A DNA stretch of 64,000 bases from Schizochytrium sp. TIO01 (lineage: Eukaryota; Protista; Bigyra: Labyrinthulomycetes). The position numbers and the translations under genes were made by a program. Where the stretch lies: assembly GCA_004764695.1 (NCBI GenBank), contig SMSO01000037.1, positions 4,316,747 through 4,380,746 of the forward strand. The letters are read 5' to 3'. The notes under the pieces are model-generated. The model had not been told where the DNA came from, did not search any database, and saw only the letters and a list, made by a program, of their open reading frames with translations. Every line of letters starts with the position of its first letter. The stretch's first letter is position 1. Shown piece by piece: positions 24,632 to 35,663 of this stretch.

Positions 24632-27460
24632 ATGTGGCGGAAACAATTTTTAGGCGTGCAACTGCGCGCGGGCTGTCACATATTATCAGCACTGATCAAA
24701 ACGATTCTGCTTATACAGTGCTGCGATATAAGTTTTATTCAGAAAGCAAATGCGATCGATGCAATGTGGAAACATTGCCTACACGGAACATGCTTTCGTA
24801 CGCTTGGACCGTTTGAATCCTATACGGAAATTGAAGAAAAATGTCTAAGCTTTGGAGGAAAGCTTTTCTCTGCCTCTGACCATCTCACTATGACACACGT
24901 ACAGGAAGTGTTTGAAAATGCCACGAAAGATGCTACCTCACCAATTCTGTTCGTCGGTGGTTTAATCGATCACGATGTTCCTGGTGGTTTATCCTTTGAT
25001 GACGGGGCAGAAACAAACGAAACATTTGTGAACGAGATGCTTCGAAACACTTCAACACTTGAGATTTCAGAAGGTTCTTGTCTCCGCTCAAAGAGAATAT
25101 CAGATGATTTGTCTGACATTGCGTGGTTCGTTGAAAGCTGCAGCCCTCAGTCTGCAGCATACTCGGTGTGTAAGCATGACTCTCCTGAATACGGATTCTG
25201 TTATGAAGTCCGTTGGCAAGATGAACAGGATAGGCCCCGAAAAAAGGTACTTGAACCAGTGACGAAGTTTCCATTAGGTCACCCTAAACTATCCAGAAAG
25301 GTTTGTGGAGGTGCAGACATTGCGTATATCCCTCCTACTGGTTTATGGTCAAAGGCTGGAGCTACAGACGAGAGTGCTGACACCTGTAAATCTATTACAG
25401 GTGGGGAACTATTTTATGCTTATGGCTACCCTGAATATTCGAGCTCAAATACGGGATATTCGACAGATAATGCACTATCTATGTTTTTCGTCGTAGACAC
25501 AGAGTATCGCGGCTATTTGGTTCTGACAATTGACAAACCACACGGCGTAGACTCAGACAGTGGGTATCTAGGACTAGAAATCAATAGCACTGGAATGGAG
25601 ACTTCCGATGTGATAGTAGAGCTACATGATGATCCTGCGATGGTAATATCTGGTGATGAGTGTACAGAAAACGATGTGAAGGGTAAAACCTACTCTAAGG
25701 ACTGCTATGCATGGAATGGTTCAAACGGATCCTTCATTTGGAGATGGCATCCATGCTGCACAGATGGTATGGTCCTTGGTCGACTCCCGTCCTCAGAATT
25801 TGGTCTCTCACTAGAGATAGTTAAGAAGATAGGCCTGTCTAAGATGCTTCTTGGTAATTTCATACCAGATAAGTCAGACATTGAGCTTTTGGAAATCCCC
25901 TTTAGCAGTAGCTTAACAGTCTCTGGGTATGAGTGCCCTGCCTTTTGTAGTGCCATAAATAACTGTGGAGAGTGCTCGAATACTGAAGGTTGCGGATGGT
26001 GTCCAGAAACTGGCTGTGAAGCAACAGGGGCTAAAGGTGGTTGCTCATCGGGGTGGCTTGACATGGACTCAGACGGTTGCTGTGAAGACTGTGCGAATTC
26101 TACTTCTTGCGATGACTGTGTTGCAATTGATGGCTGCGGCTGGAACTGGAAAGACCGCACTTGCAAATCAGGTAACTCTTATTCCCGTCGCATGTGTAAA
26201 ACCTCAACTTTCTTAGAAGATTACTTTGCATTTTCGGCAAGTGAGTGCACAACGAAGGCACCAACCATTTCACAATCTACTACGGAGTCACCAACTATAA
26301 GTCCATCAATAACCCCAGCCCCATCAACAAGCAGTATTACGGATTTTTATTCTCTGACAGATGCTTCAAGTAATACTCCAAGTAATGCTCCAAGCGATGC
26401 TCCAAGTGATGCTCCAAGCGATGCTCCAAGCGATGCTCCAAGCCGAGGACGGAGTTTAGAACCGACGTTTCACCCTACCCTTACTCCTTCCGAAGGGACT
26501 ACTAGCTGGACAAGTAGCCCAACCCAGGTTCCAATAGATAACAGAGATGATTCTGATGACGACGATACTGAGTATACGCCAAATAATACTGATATTGGTT
26601 CTGACCAGTACGATGCATCCTTGCCTTCGTCGTCGGATGGTGAAAATAAAAAGACATGGATATTACCCCTTGTAGGAAGCCTAGGTGGTCTCTTGGCTCT
26701 TGGTATACTTCTGCTAGCAGGGCGTGCATTTAAGCAACGCTGGGGACGACACGGCGGAGGAGCAGCTGAAAAGGTATTTGCAGCCGGGATAGGAGGACCT
26801 ACACTAACAGTATCATCAGTGGCCAATGTGTATAAGCAGTCAAACCCGATGTTTGATCATCTTAGCCTTGCTGATAGTGAATCAATTGAATTACCGAAGA
26901 GAAGACGGTATCCTAAGAATGATCTTATCTGCGCTCTTCTGGCCCAAAAAGAAGAAGATCTACAATTTCGTTTGTATACAAATAATCCAGCTATTGCAAT
27001 GCGCCTTTCAAAAGAAAGCAAATGCTTCGTCAAATGTACGGAAGATGATGGAGATATTTTAGATAGTATGGAACGCAGCGGAGCATTTGGCACACTCATG
27101 GACTTAGCTACTAGTGGCCGAACAAAACTGTCTAATTCTCGTGTAAAAACTCATTTACGAATTAAAAAACGTGATGAATGGACTAGGCATGTAGATCCTG
27201 CATCTCAATCGGAGTTCTACTACAATGGGAAATTAAATGAAGTAATTCATAATAAAGCAGGTATTCGAGAGGCAGCGTCTTCTGCAAAATCTGATGAAGT
27301 GGACCCCTTACGCTGGGAATTTGCGCCCGATGAGTTTGATGATTTTGAAAAAGTTATTGATGTTCTTGCAGGTGCAAATTGGATATTAAAAAAGGACTTA
27401 CACTTGGATTACTACTCAAACCCAGAAACCAAGGAGAGAATGTGGATTGAAAATACATAA
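24632..27460 (+). CDS. Single-pass cell-surface receptor: signal peptide, C-type-lectin-like domain, two PSI-like repeats, Ser/Thr/Pro stalk, TM, cytoplasmic WW-like domains
   Basis: CLHGTCF...EEKCLSFGGKLFS...WFVESC...VCK (CTL-like); CGECSNTEGCGWC and CDDCVAIDGCGWNW (PSI); TM WILPLVGSLGGLLALGILLLAG; EWTRHVDPASQSEFYYN (WW). Start could be ATG 24554 or 24632. Confidence 0.8.
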   Translation: MWRKQFLGVQLRAGCHILSALIKTILLIQCCDISFIQKANAIDAMWKHCLHGTCFRTLGPFESYTEIEEKCLSFGGKLFSASDHLTMTHVQEVFENATKDATSPILFVGGLIDHDVPGGLSFDDGAETNETFVNEMLRNTSTLEISEGSCLRSKRISDDLSDIAWFVESCSPQSAAYSVCKHDSPEYGFCYEVRWQDEQDRPRKKVLEPVTKFPLGHPKLSRKVCGGADIAYIPPTGLWSKAGATDESADTCKSITGGELFYAYGYPEYSSSNTGYSTDNALSMFFVVDTEYRGYLVLTIDKPHGVDSDSGYLGLEINSTGMETSDVIVELHDDPAMVISGDECTENDVKGKTYSKDCYAWNGSNGSFIWRWHPCCTDGMVLGRLPSSEFGLSLEIVKKIGLSKMLLGNFIPDKSDIELLEIPFSSSLTVSGYECPAFCSAINNCGECSNTEGCGWCPETGCEATGAKGGCSSGWLDMDSDGCCEDCANSTSCDDCVAIDGCGWNWKDRTCKSGNSYSRRMCKTSTFLEDYFAFSASECTTKAPTISQSTTESPTISPSITPAPSTSSITDFYSLTDASSNTPSNAPSDAPSDAPSDAPSDAPSRGRSLEPTFHPTLTPSEGTTSWTSSPTQVPIDNRDDSDDDDTEYTPNNTDIGSDQYDASLPSSSDGENKKTWILPLVGSLGGLLALGILLLAGRAFKQRWGRHGGGAAEKVFAAGIGGPTLTVSSVANVYKQSNPMFDHLSLADSESIELPKRRRYPKNDLICALLAQKEEDLQFRLYTNNPAIAMRLSKESKCFVKCTEDDGDILDSMERSGAFGTLMDLATSGRTKLSNSRVKTHLRIKKRDEWTRHVDPASQSEFYYNGKLNEVIHNKAGIREAASSAKSDEVDPLRWEFAPDEFDDFEKVIDVLAGANWILKKDLHLDYYSNPETKERMWIENT
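26378..26443 (+). repeat. 12-nt coding tandem repeat (CCAAGYGATGCT) encoding PSDA stalk repeats
   Basis: About 5.5 units encoding PSNA-PSDA-PSDA-PSDA-PSDA-PS. Confidence 0.9.
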
Positions 27461-27686
27461 ATAACTCTAACGAACAGTTTATGATTTCTCTCAGAACCCT
27501 GATAGCAAAAACCATTATCTTTCTTTTAGTCGAACAAAGTACAAAGAAATTAGGTTACATTGTCCAGTCTTACCAAACTCGTTTTCTTGTAAAATAGAAA
27601 AATAAAAAGCACACAGAAGAGGAGGAGGGATACACGTCTCACTAGTATATGCGGAATATTTAAGAGGTGATTGCCATCTGCGCAGT

Positions 27687-28745
27687 TCACTTTCTTACGA
27701 CCACACGTAATTTCGCACTTCTTGAGCGAGGGTTTTTCTCACACTCCGTAGTAGTTGCTTTAATCGCACCTCTGTGAAGAGCCATAAATTCTTTGTGAGA
27801 CTTAAAAGACCTTTTCACTAAGCGGTCCTCAAGGCTATGAAAGGATATGATAGCAAGCACGCCGCCAGGGTTCAGTAAACCAGACGCATGCTCTAAAAAT
27901 CTCTCAATGTGGTCGAGCTCGCCGTTCACAGCTATCCGAAGGGCCTGAAACGTCCTTGCTGCCGGATGCGATTTGGCTGATTTCCAGTCTACCATTGGCG
28001 CAATAGCTTGGACAAGGTCATAGGTAGTGTCAATAGGAGTCTTCTTTCGAGCACGCACGATCTGTGCCGCAAGCCGGCGCCAGTTGCGCTCTTCGCCATA
28101 GTCACGGATTATGGTTTCTAAAAGTTTTTGAGGGCCATGGTTGACCAAAGTCCATGCATCGACTGAGGTGCTGGGATCCATGCGCATATCTAGCCGCCCT
28201 TCATTTCGGAAGCTAAATCCTCGAGCACCTTGATCAAGCTGCATTGAGGAAACGCCAAGGTCAAGTAGAATACCGTCTACTGGTAGAGGAATATGTTCAC
28301 GGAGACTTGTGTCAAAATCAGCAAAGTTGCCTGCCACGGCATGAAAGTTTGACCATTGTTCAAGACGTTTTTGTGCAATCTGAAGCGCAGCAGGGTCACG
28401 ATCTACACCAAAGACTTCCAAATTAGTGCAAGCAATGTCGTCGTCAGAAAATCGTTTCAAAAGAGCTTCGCTATGGCCGCCAGCTCCCAGAGTACCATCC
28501 ACGATAACAGCCTTTTCGCGCTGTCCGAGATTTTGAGCAAACACATCAACAATCTCATCTCTCAGAACACTAACATGTGGCACTGCTGCCTCTCTGGAAA
28601 CTTCAGAACCACTTGAGAGCGCGCGTTTAGGAGTTGACGGTGCAATAACACTATTCCAATGGGTTTCGGCAATAGGCAATGAATGTTTCCGTGCTGCAAC
28701 AAGCTGCAACAGTTTACTATAGCAGCGCATTGTCTTTGCCATCAC
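27687..28745 (-). CDS. rsmH: SSU rRNA m4C methyltransferase RsmH/MraW (METTL15-like), probably mitochondrial
   Basis: HVSVL, VDGTLGAGGHS, DRDP, LLDLGVSSMQLD, RGFSF, LDMRMD, YGEE, TFQALRIAVNGEL, ISFHSLEDRLVK, NPRSRSAKLR; basic presequence-like N-terminus. Confidence 0.96.
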   Translation of the reverse strand: MMAKTMRCYSKLLQLVAARKHSLPIAETHWNSVIAPSTPKRALSSGSEVSREAAVPHVSVLRDEIVDVFAQNLGQREKAVIVDGTLGAGGHSEALLKRFSDDDIACTNLEVFGVDRDPAALQIAQKRLEQWSNFHAVAGNFADFDTSLREHIPLPVDGILLDLGVSSMQLDQGARGFSFRNEGRLDMRMDPSTSVDAWTLVNHGPQKLLETIIRDYGEERNWRRLAAQIVRARKKTPIDTTYDLVQAIAPMVDWKSAKSHPAARTFQALRIAVNGELDHIERFLEHASGLLNPGGVLAIISFHSLEDRLVKRSFKSHKEFMALHRGAIKATTTECEKNPRSRSAKLRVVVRK

Positions 28746-29284
28746 CAGGACATAGAACGGTTTTCAATTGTAAACGCGATGAGAGCGTTATGGCGATTCA
28801 AAGCATTGAATTTCTATTCGAGTTCTCTTTCGTCACTAAAAACACCAATCACAGGCTACTACAATCATCCCATTAACTTTGATGCTCCTTCTCACCAGTC
28901 AGTAAGTACCTAGGTACAAGATGTAGGTAGTATTCTTAAGTTAAATCATAGTAGCAACTAGCTAAGAGAGCAATTAAAAAAAGAAAAAGAACATTTAACT
29001 AACAAAGTTCAAAGGGGTACGTAGTGTTACCTACTCCTACCAGCCCAGTAAACCGTTGAGACTTCCATGGAAAACAAAATGCAACGCAGCATTCATCTCC
29101 TTGGACTAGGTATTTTGCGCTTGCAGAGCCACAATACATGAACAAATTGGCAGGTGGAGTTCTTGGTTTGCCTGCTGTAGACAGAGCTTGCCCGTTTGTT
29201 TTGGGGAAAAGGCTTACATTTGCCGTGGAGCTTTCCTTCTGGGCTTTTTTGGACAATTTTTTTCATCTGTGAACAATAAGAAAG

Positions 29285-30469
29285 ATGACCAATGTCGATG
29301 ATAAGCGAGTTGGCGAGTTTGTTGACCACCAACGTGTAGAAGATAGTACAGTGAAAACGACTCAGAGCTCCAAAAAAGCTGATTTTAGTTATAGCGAGAA
29401 AGACTTGTTGCCGGAGGTAAATAAAGGCTTGCAATCACTGCTGCGCGATTTCTGTTTGGTACAAACAGACAGAGAGACCATTCATGTAACACTTGTTCGT
29501 GCGTATGGTGAGGCATTTGAGAGCTCTGCAAAGGTTCCAAAATATAATGGAGAAGCGCATCAAAAACTAGCATACTCTATCCGTGTCGAGGTGAGCTGGG
29601 CTGGGCGCATCTTTTTAGGAGATTCCACGCTTGGAAGTGCATCTGGAAAGGTCAAAATTGGAGAGATAGATTTCGAGAATATTTTCTGCTCTTCAGAATG
29701 GCAAGTGCAGACAAAGCTTGATATAGAATGCGTACCTGGTATGCCAAGTGGTGCTGCAGGAGTTCCCGTCCCAGATGCTTCTGAGGTCGAGGATCGATTA
29801 CGCAGTTTAGTCCGTTGTCAAGGTGAAGCCAAACTTGTAGATAGCATTCAAGTCGCCTTAAAGCGAATGTTAGTCGATAAAGATTTTTCATTCCTGAAAG
29901 GTCCTGTCAAAGATGTATCTAGCATCAATGGCAACAACCAGTATGGAGACGATAGCAATAATGTTATTTTGGTGGGAGATATTGAAACCAGTTCCTTCCC
30001 TACAGTACACGATGACTCCTTTGCGTCTTGCGACGACTTACGAAAGCAGCTTCTTGGGAAAGAGTTCCTACGCATCATTGACACAGAAGATCTGGAATCG
30101 ATCCGTGAGCCAGGCTGGAAATTGCGAATCTGCACCATTCATGATCGTGACATACCCGCCCTGTGTGAAAAGCTACGTTTGCATTCAAAACTTAAAAGTT
30201 TGGATCTTTACTTTAATTACATCAGTGATGCAGGCATGGCTCTCCTTGCAGATGCACTCTTGCAACATAATGAACTGGAGCGGATAGACCTGCGGCGAAA
30301 TCGCATAGGGGATCTTGGTGTTCAAGGGATTCTTGCACGTCTGGGGTCTGGGCAAATGAAGAGCCTGAAGGAAATCGACCTGCGGGAAAATGAAGGAATC
30401 TCAAGTCTGGGTCATACCATGGTAAACGCTCTTGGGTTGATGAGACCTGAAATCAAAATTCATTTGTGA
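29285..30469 (+). CDS. Protein with putative Aha1-N-like domain and C-terminal RNI-type leucine-rich repeats
   Basis: C-terminal LRRs LKSLDLYFNYISDAG, LERIDLRRNRIGDLG, LKEIDLRENEGI. N-terminal YSEKDLL...GEA...YSIRVEVSWAG...SGKVKIGEID resembles the Hsp90-activator Aha1 N domain (weaker call). Confidence 0.75.
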   Translation: MTNVDDKRVGEFVDHQRVEDSTVKTTQSSKKADFSYSEKDLLPEVNKGLQSLLRDFCLVQTDRETIHVTLVRAYGEAFESSAKVPKYNGEAHQKLAYSIRVEVSWAGRIFLGDSTLGSASGKVKIGEIDFENIFCSSEWQVQTKLDIECVPGMPSGAAGVPVPDASEVEDRLRSLVRCQGEAKLVDSIQVALKRMLVDKDFSFLKGPVKDVSSINGNNQYGDDSNNVILVGDIETSSFPTVHDDSFASCDDLRKQLLGKEFLRIIDTEDLESIREPGWKLRICTIHDRDIPALCEKLRLHSKLKSLDLYFNYISDAGMALLADALLQHNELERIDLRRNRIGDLGVQGILARLGSGQMKSLKEIDLRENEGISSLGHTMVNALGLMRPEIKIHL

Positions 30470-30834
30470 TTCATCAGGTAATTGTGATGAAAAAATCGTT
30501 GCGTTGCATGATTCTTTAAACATTAATATTGAATAGCCATTCTGTCGCCTTCGCCAGCCAAGTTACTCCAGATAAAAAGCAAAGAACGAAGAAGAAGAAA
30601 TAATAAAATAAGAGTCGTTCAAGTTTCATTTGATACCTGTTAGGATGAGTAGTTATAGGGGGGTGTATCAACCATGATAAATTAGATGGAACGCCTGAAT
30701 GTTTCTTACTGGGCTGCAAAGGCAATGCCAAGACATCCAGAGCTTCATTGATCGTCTATTAATTAAGCAGGAAAGTCTTCGGACGGATTTGGTGAGAGCG
30801 GGAAGGAGAGGCTAGAGTTATTGGGAGGTTGGAT

Positions 30835-31608
30835 TTAAAGATTGAGCTTGGACTGGACAAGAGCCTTGAGGTCAGTATAAATAGCATCACTACGGCGGTT
30901 CTGGCGAACAAGCTCAGGGTGGTTCTCGCCACTAAATGAGTACAGGGAGTCTTTCTCCTTGTAATGGTTGAGAAGGGGGAAGGTCAGGTCCATGTACATG
31001 TCAAGGCGGTGGCGGACCTTATCCGGCTCATCATCAGCGCGGCGGGTGAGAGGCTCTCCAGTCTCATCATCCTTGCCTTGCTCCTTGGGGGGGTTGAACG
31101 CATATGAGTACATACGGCCAGACGGCTGGTGAATCCAGCGATCACTGATACGCTCGATGATCTCATCGTGGGGGACCTCAAGGTTGAGAACGTAGTCAAT
31201 TGAGAACTCCGATTCCAGAGCCTTTGCCTGAGGCAAAGTACGCGGGAAGCCGTCGAGGAGAACCCGGCCCGACTCCTCAAGAATCTCGAGTTCGTGGAGA
31301 ATAAGGCCGACCATGAGGTCGTCCGGGACCAAGTCTCCATTCGTGACAAAAGACTCAGCTTTCAGTCCAAGAGGAGTCTTCTTTTCCATATGGGAACGAA
31401 GAAGATCACCGCTAGACAGGTGGATAAAGTCGAACTCCTTCTTGAGACGCTTGCTAATCGTACCTTTACCACCACCGGGAGGGCCGGTAATGAGCACAAC
31501 ATGATGCTCAGCAGGGTTGTGGTTGAGCGTAAAGGCCCGCACCTGAGTACGCTGCAGATTGCGCATAGAAGTGAGGCCAAAAGCCCGGGCACGAAGAGCA
31601 GCCTGCAT
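30835..31608 (-). CDS. AK3: Mitochondrial GTP:AMP phosphotransferase (adenylate kinase 3)
   Basis: P-loop GPPGGGKGT; HLSSGDLLR; LLDGFPRTLPQA; AK3-type LID RWIHQPSGRMYSYAFNPPK...DDETGEPL; Arg-rich presequence. Confidence 0.93.
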   Translation of the reverse strand: MQAALRARAFGLTSMRNLQRTQVRAFTLNHNPAEHHVVLITGPPGGGKGTISKRLKKEFDFIHLSSGDLLRSHMEKKTPLGLKAESFVTNGDLVPDDLMVGLILHELEILEESGRVLLDGFPRTLPQAKALESEFSIDYVLNLEVPHDEIIERISDRWIHQPSGRMYSYAFNPPKEQGKDDETGEPLTRRADDEPDKVRHRLDMYMDLTFPLLNHYKEKDSLYSFSGENHPELVRQNRRSDAIYTDLKALVQSKLNL

Positions 31609-32296
31609 TGTGTTTGTGGCTTGTAAATACCTCGTCCGTGGAGAGACTCTGTGTCACAAATAGTTGTTTGTGTGATGGATACAGAGAGAAGCAAGAATTA
31701 GCATTTGAGACGAAACAATGTGTTGAAGCACAAGTACAATGCAGAAAAGTGGTGTTGTTGTGTTGAGCGTGTTGAACAAGTTGGACTGGTTAGTCTACCA
31801 CACAGATTTGCTTTTGGGTTTTTACTTCTTCTGCTATTTTGCACAACTAGAGGGCGATGGTTGTCGTCGTTCTTATCAACCTCGCTGTGCGCCACTAGGA
31901 AGAGCAATGATCATATTCATACTTGCTTACTTGCTCGTTCATGCACAAAGAAGATTGATTCACATACCTTAGTTAAGTGTTTGTTTGCTGCTCTGTCTCT
32001 CTCTGTCTCTATTTACCAATCTGTCTCTTCTGTCACAGTGTGTGTCTGAATGTTTCTAATCTCTCATTCATCCATTCATGGAAAACGTCATAGCTAGGCT
32101 ACCATATCATCATATTAGGTAGATATATCTACGCGACCTTCTACAAGTTCCATTTCGATTTTGAGCTAACTTTTTATAAGTCGAGTAGAGGGATGTATAC
32201 TTCTAGTATAAATCATAGATAGATAATAGCCGTATCTATTACAAAGGCTGCTATTCAAGTACTATGTAGATGTAGACTAGCTTTGCCTACTACTTC

Positions 32297-32392
32297 TATT
32301 ATTATTATTACTATTGTTACTATTATTATTATTGCTATTATTACTATTACTACTATTACTACTATTACTATTATTACTACTACTCCTACTAT
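32297..32392. repeat. (TAT/TAC)n compound trinucleotide microsatellite
   Basis: Visible run; it generates the spurious poly-Leu ORF 32314-32592. Confidence 0.9.
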
Positions 32393-35300
32393 TCAGTGCC
32401 TGTGTAGAAGAGAAAGTAGGTAAGATAAAGCTCTGGATGGCAAGGATTCATCCTTTCTCCTGCTTTGCCGCTGGGATTTTGCATGCTACCACTCACTCTG
32501 AAGCCTCAACATTTCCGATTCGCAGGTCTTTCTCGCTATATCTTTTAGCAATTATCAATCTCCTGAAGCATGGTGTCTACCGAGCTCTCTGAAGAAGTTC
32601 ATGCCATATTAGGTACTAGATAGGAATCTATAAAGTTTAGGAGTAGGAAATTAACATCAGGCTAGTCCTACTTGTATTTTTTCAGCGAGCTACGAAGCAT
32701 GGAATAAGTAAGCAAGTAATCAAGGCGTGAGTAATATTAAACTCGAGCACAAAGAAAGCATTCATACCAAGAACCATGCATAGCTATTAGGTAGCTACTT
32801 ACCTACCTACAAACTACCTCGTGCCATCTTACCATAGATTACTTACGATGGATCGCACTCCCATTCTACATTCACAATGCCTGGCTTGCTCCTGTAAAAT
32901 CTTAAGGGGGGTAGTCTTATGATGAGCTGAAAATCTTGCGCTTCTCCGTCAACCGTGTTGAGGCTGTCCAAGTGTCTATGATTCAGACCTCAAGCTGCGC
33001 TGTCAACAAAAACAACAATTATACATCAACTATGCTCAGCTTAGCTTGAATGACGGAAAGATCCAAAGGCAGTGCAAAGATCGTTTGGGAGAACTTGAAA
33101 GCATGCCCTTCTCTGTCCTGATTCTAAATATATATATATATATACTGACTAGCTCATTTGCCTCTTGAGTCATCATCTAAGTATATAAACATGACAGAGG
33201 GAGATCATAACTCGGCATGGTTGGTAAAGAAAGCTTCAGCGACGTTCACTGTCATTCCATTCTGCACAAAACTCTGCCAACCTACATAGTAAGACGAGCC
33301 ATGGTAGGAAACACTGAATGAAAATTGCAATTTGAGTCAAGGAGCTTTGCACACTAGACATGTTTGGCGACTGGGATACCGCGAACTTTGTTGAACGATT
33401 TCACACTCAATTTGAAACCTTTATGACCATCTTTGAGAACCTTCGAAGTTTCCAACTTAGCTTGAGTTACCCGTAGCGACTGATTTTTGAGGGTAGGAGT
33501 ATATTAGATCTTTTTTGCTTGAAAAGGCCGAAAACAAGACGGTTCCAAGATTTACTCTCCTGATCCAACTTCGAGCTGGTAAACCTAATGGTCCTGATAA
33601 ACCTAAATGGCCTATCTTAGCTGTCATAATCAAGCTTCCTCAAGGCGTGTTGATGGTTGGTCCATTCTCAACAATGTATCCTTGACTTAAACTATATCTA
33701 TTTCGTCGAATATGATACTTTAAAACTGCTCCTGCTTCCTCATTCTATTTCTCCGCTGGGAGAGCTCCACGTTGTCTTCGCAATTACTAAAGAAGCACAT
33801 CTGAGAGATTTGTCCTTCGAAATGGCGATTTATTTTCCATTGGTGAAGCTGTATGCCTCAATTACAGCAACTATTATGACTGCACACAGTCAGGTTACAT
33901 CAGGAGGTTTTGCCAAGACTTCTCAATGCAAGAAACGTACTCGCCTAGCCTCAGTGGACATTGTATAGCTTATGGCACCAACAATTGAGGATCCTAGTCC
34001 TTCGTGAAATGCCAGCTATTTCTGACAGGGCAGTGGCGTTCTTCAGTATGCGTCTATTTATAGTCTGAGCGTCGAGCTCAACTACAAGTATTCAATATAG
34101 TAGCCTCTAACTCTTAAGAGTGTTTTCTTAGCGCTCTCACAACTCAGATCTAAAAAATGTGGTCTGTTTTGGAAAAACTTAAAAAAAGAAAAACTCACTC
34201 GAAAAGAAACCAAATTTTGGCCGTTTGATCGTCTCAAGCTTCGCAGAGATACTACTTCTGAGACATCCGGGCGTATACATACCGCTTGCAACTGGACATT
34301 TCCAGCCTTAAAAAAAAGTAAAGGCTTTTCTTTGCTTTACTTTTCTCCACATCATGAGGAAGAGCTTCGCAAATTCCACTGACCAAGCAGGTCGTAAAAC
34401 TTTAACAGAGCAGATAAGAACACCAATTATTTTGTGATCATCGCCATATATAAATATAAGAAATATAGACAAATCAGTGGTTTGACATGCTCTTATAGTA
34501 CTAAAGTTCAGAGTGCACCCTTCAGGACACGAGCATTCCGTGGGGAGGAAAGCTGACCTCATAAATTAGATTTTGTCTATTGTATTGAATATTCATACAT
34601 GTTTCAATAATGTGGGCAAAAAAAGTAAGCGTGCTTTTGCATCATTAGTCCAATGGCCCAAACATACAAATGGAAACAAAGAGCTTAAAAAAGAAGCTAG
34701 ATACCTCGTCCAGGTACCTCAGCGTAGCAACAGCTTCTGGATTGTGAAGCGACACATTACAGCAAGACCTGGTATCCAATCCAAGTATAGGGGTTAATGA
34801 AAGGGAGCTCTGACCTCATCAGAAAGACTGCAACTTGAAGTTTACGGAGAAAAGTTACCAATGACAACTGAAATTGTTACCCTTGCAGATGTGTGGTAGA
34901 TATGGGTTGAGCGCTATATCCTAAGAACAGATGACATGACAATGGAATTCTTCAACTATTCCGCCCAGATGTTTCTCTTCCTGTTTAAGTCTATCTGCTT
35001 AGACACCTAGTTGTAGGTGGCTATTGTAATTGGTCCACATCCCCATCCATCTACACGTCTATAGACTATTTGTTGTGTTGTAGCTATATCATCCTATCTT
35101 CAAGACCACATCCGGGGTAAATCTTAATTCTTCCGCCAAGGCTACATCTTGGGTATCTTGGGGGTAAAACTCAAGTCAAATAAAACCTCAAACCCCAATT
35201 TGAAATTAAGACACCATATCTACTCACTAAGCATAGCACTCCTACTATGTAGTTAGGCAATAGCTATTAACTATCTATCAAAAAGTTACTTGACAAAACG

Positions 35301-35663
35301 ACGAGAACAAAGAGGAAAACAGCTCTGAGGGTAAGGGAGACTCAGCACCTGTTCCCTTCTACCTTGGTAACACCTCTCGTGAGCAGGGAAGCAGACAGGG
35401 GCTTCTTTTTCCCTTCGTTGATTCTTGGAAGGACTTTACTGTCCACGTCTACAATCAACCAAGTCTACAGCCATCTTCATCGAAGTTGTTCATTCCTTCG
35501 TTATTAGGCGTCCTCCTTGTGGCACCAACTTCTCCTTCCTCTGCGCAGCCAGCCACCTGATCGTCTGGTAGGATTCCATACTGCCGAAAGCGATTGAGTA
35601 GCTTCACTGTTCTATTTCCTTGCTAGTCAGGCCTCGGAAGGTTGATCAGGGAAATATTTCACT

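Noticed and set aside
32314-32592. Poly-Leu ORF resembling a signal peptide
   Set aside because: Produced by the (TAT/TAC)n microsatellite.
32900-34050. Possible decayed coding or TE remnant in a long intergenic region
   Set aside because: All frames I examined contain frequent stops and no transposase or RT motifs.
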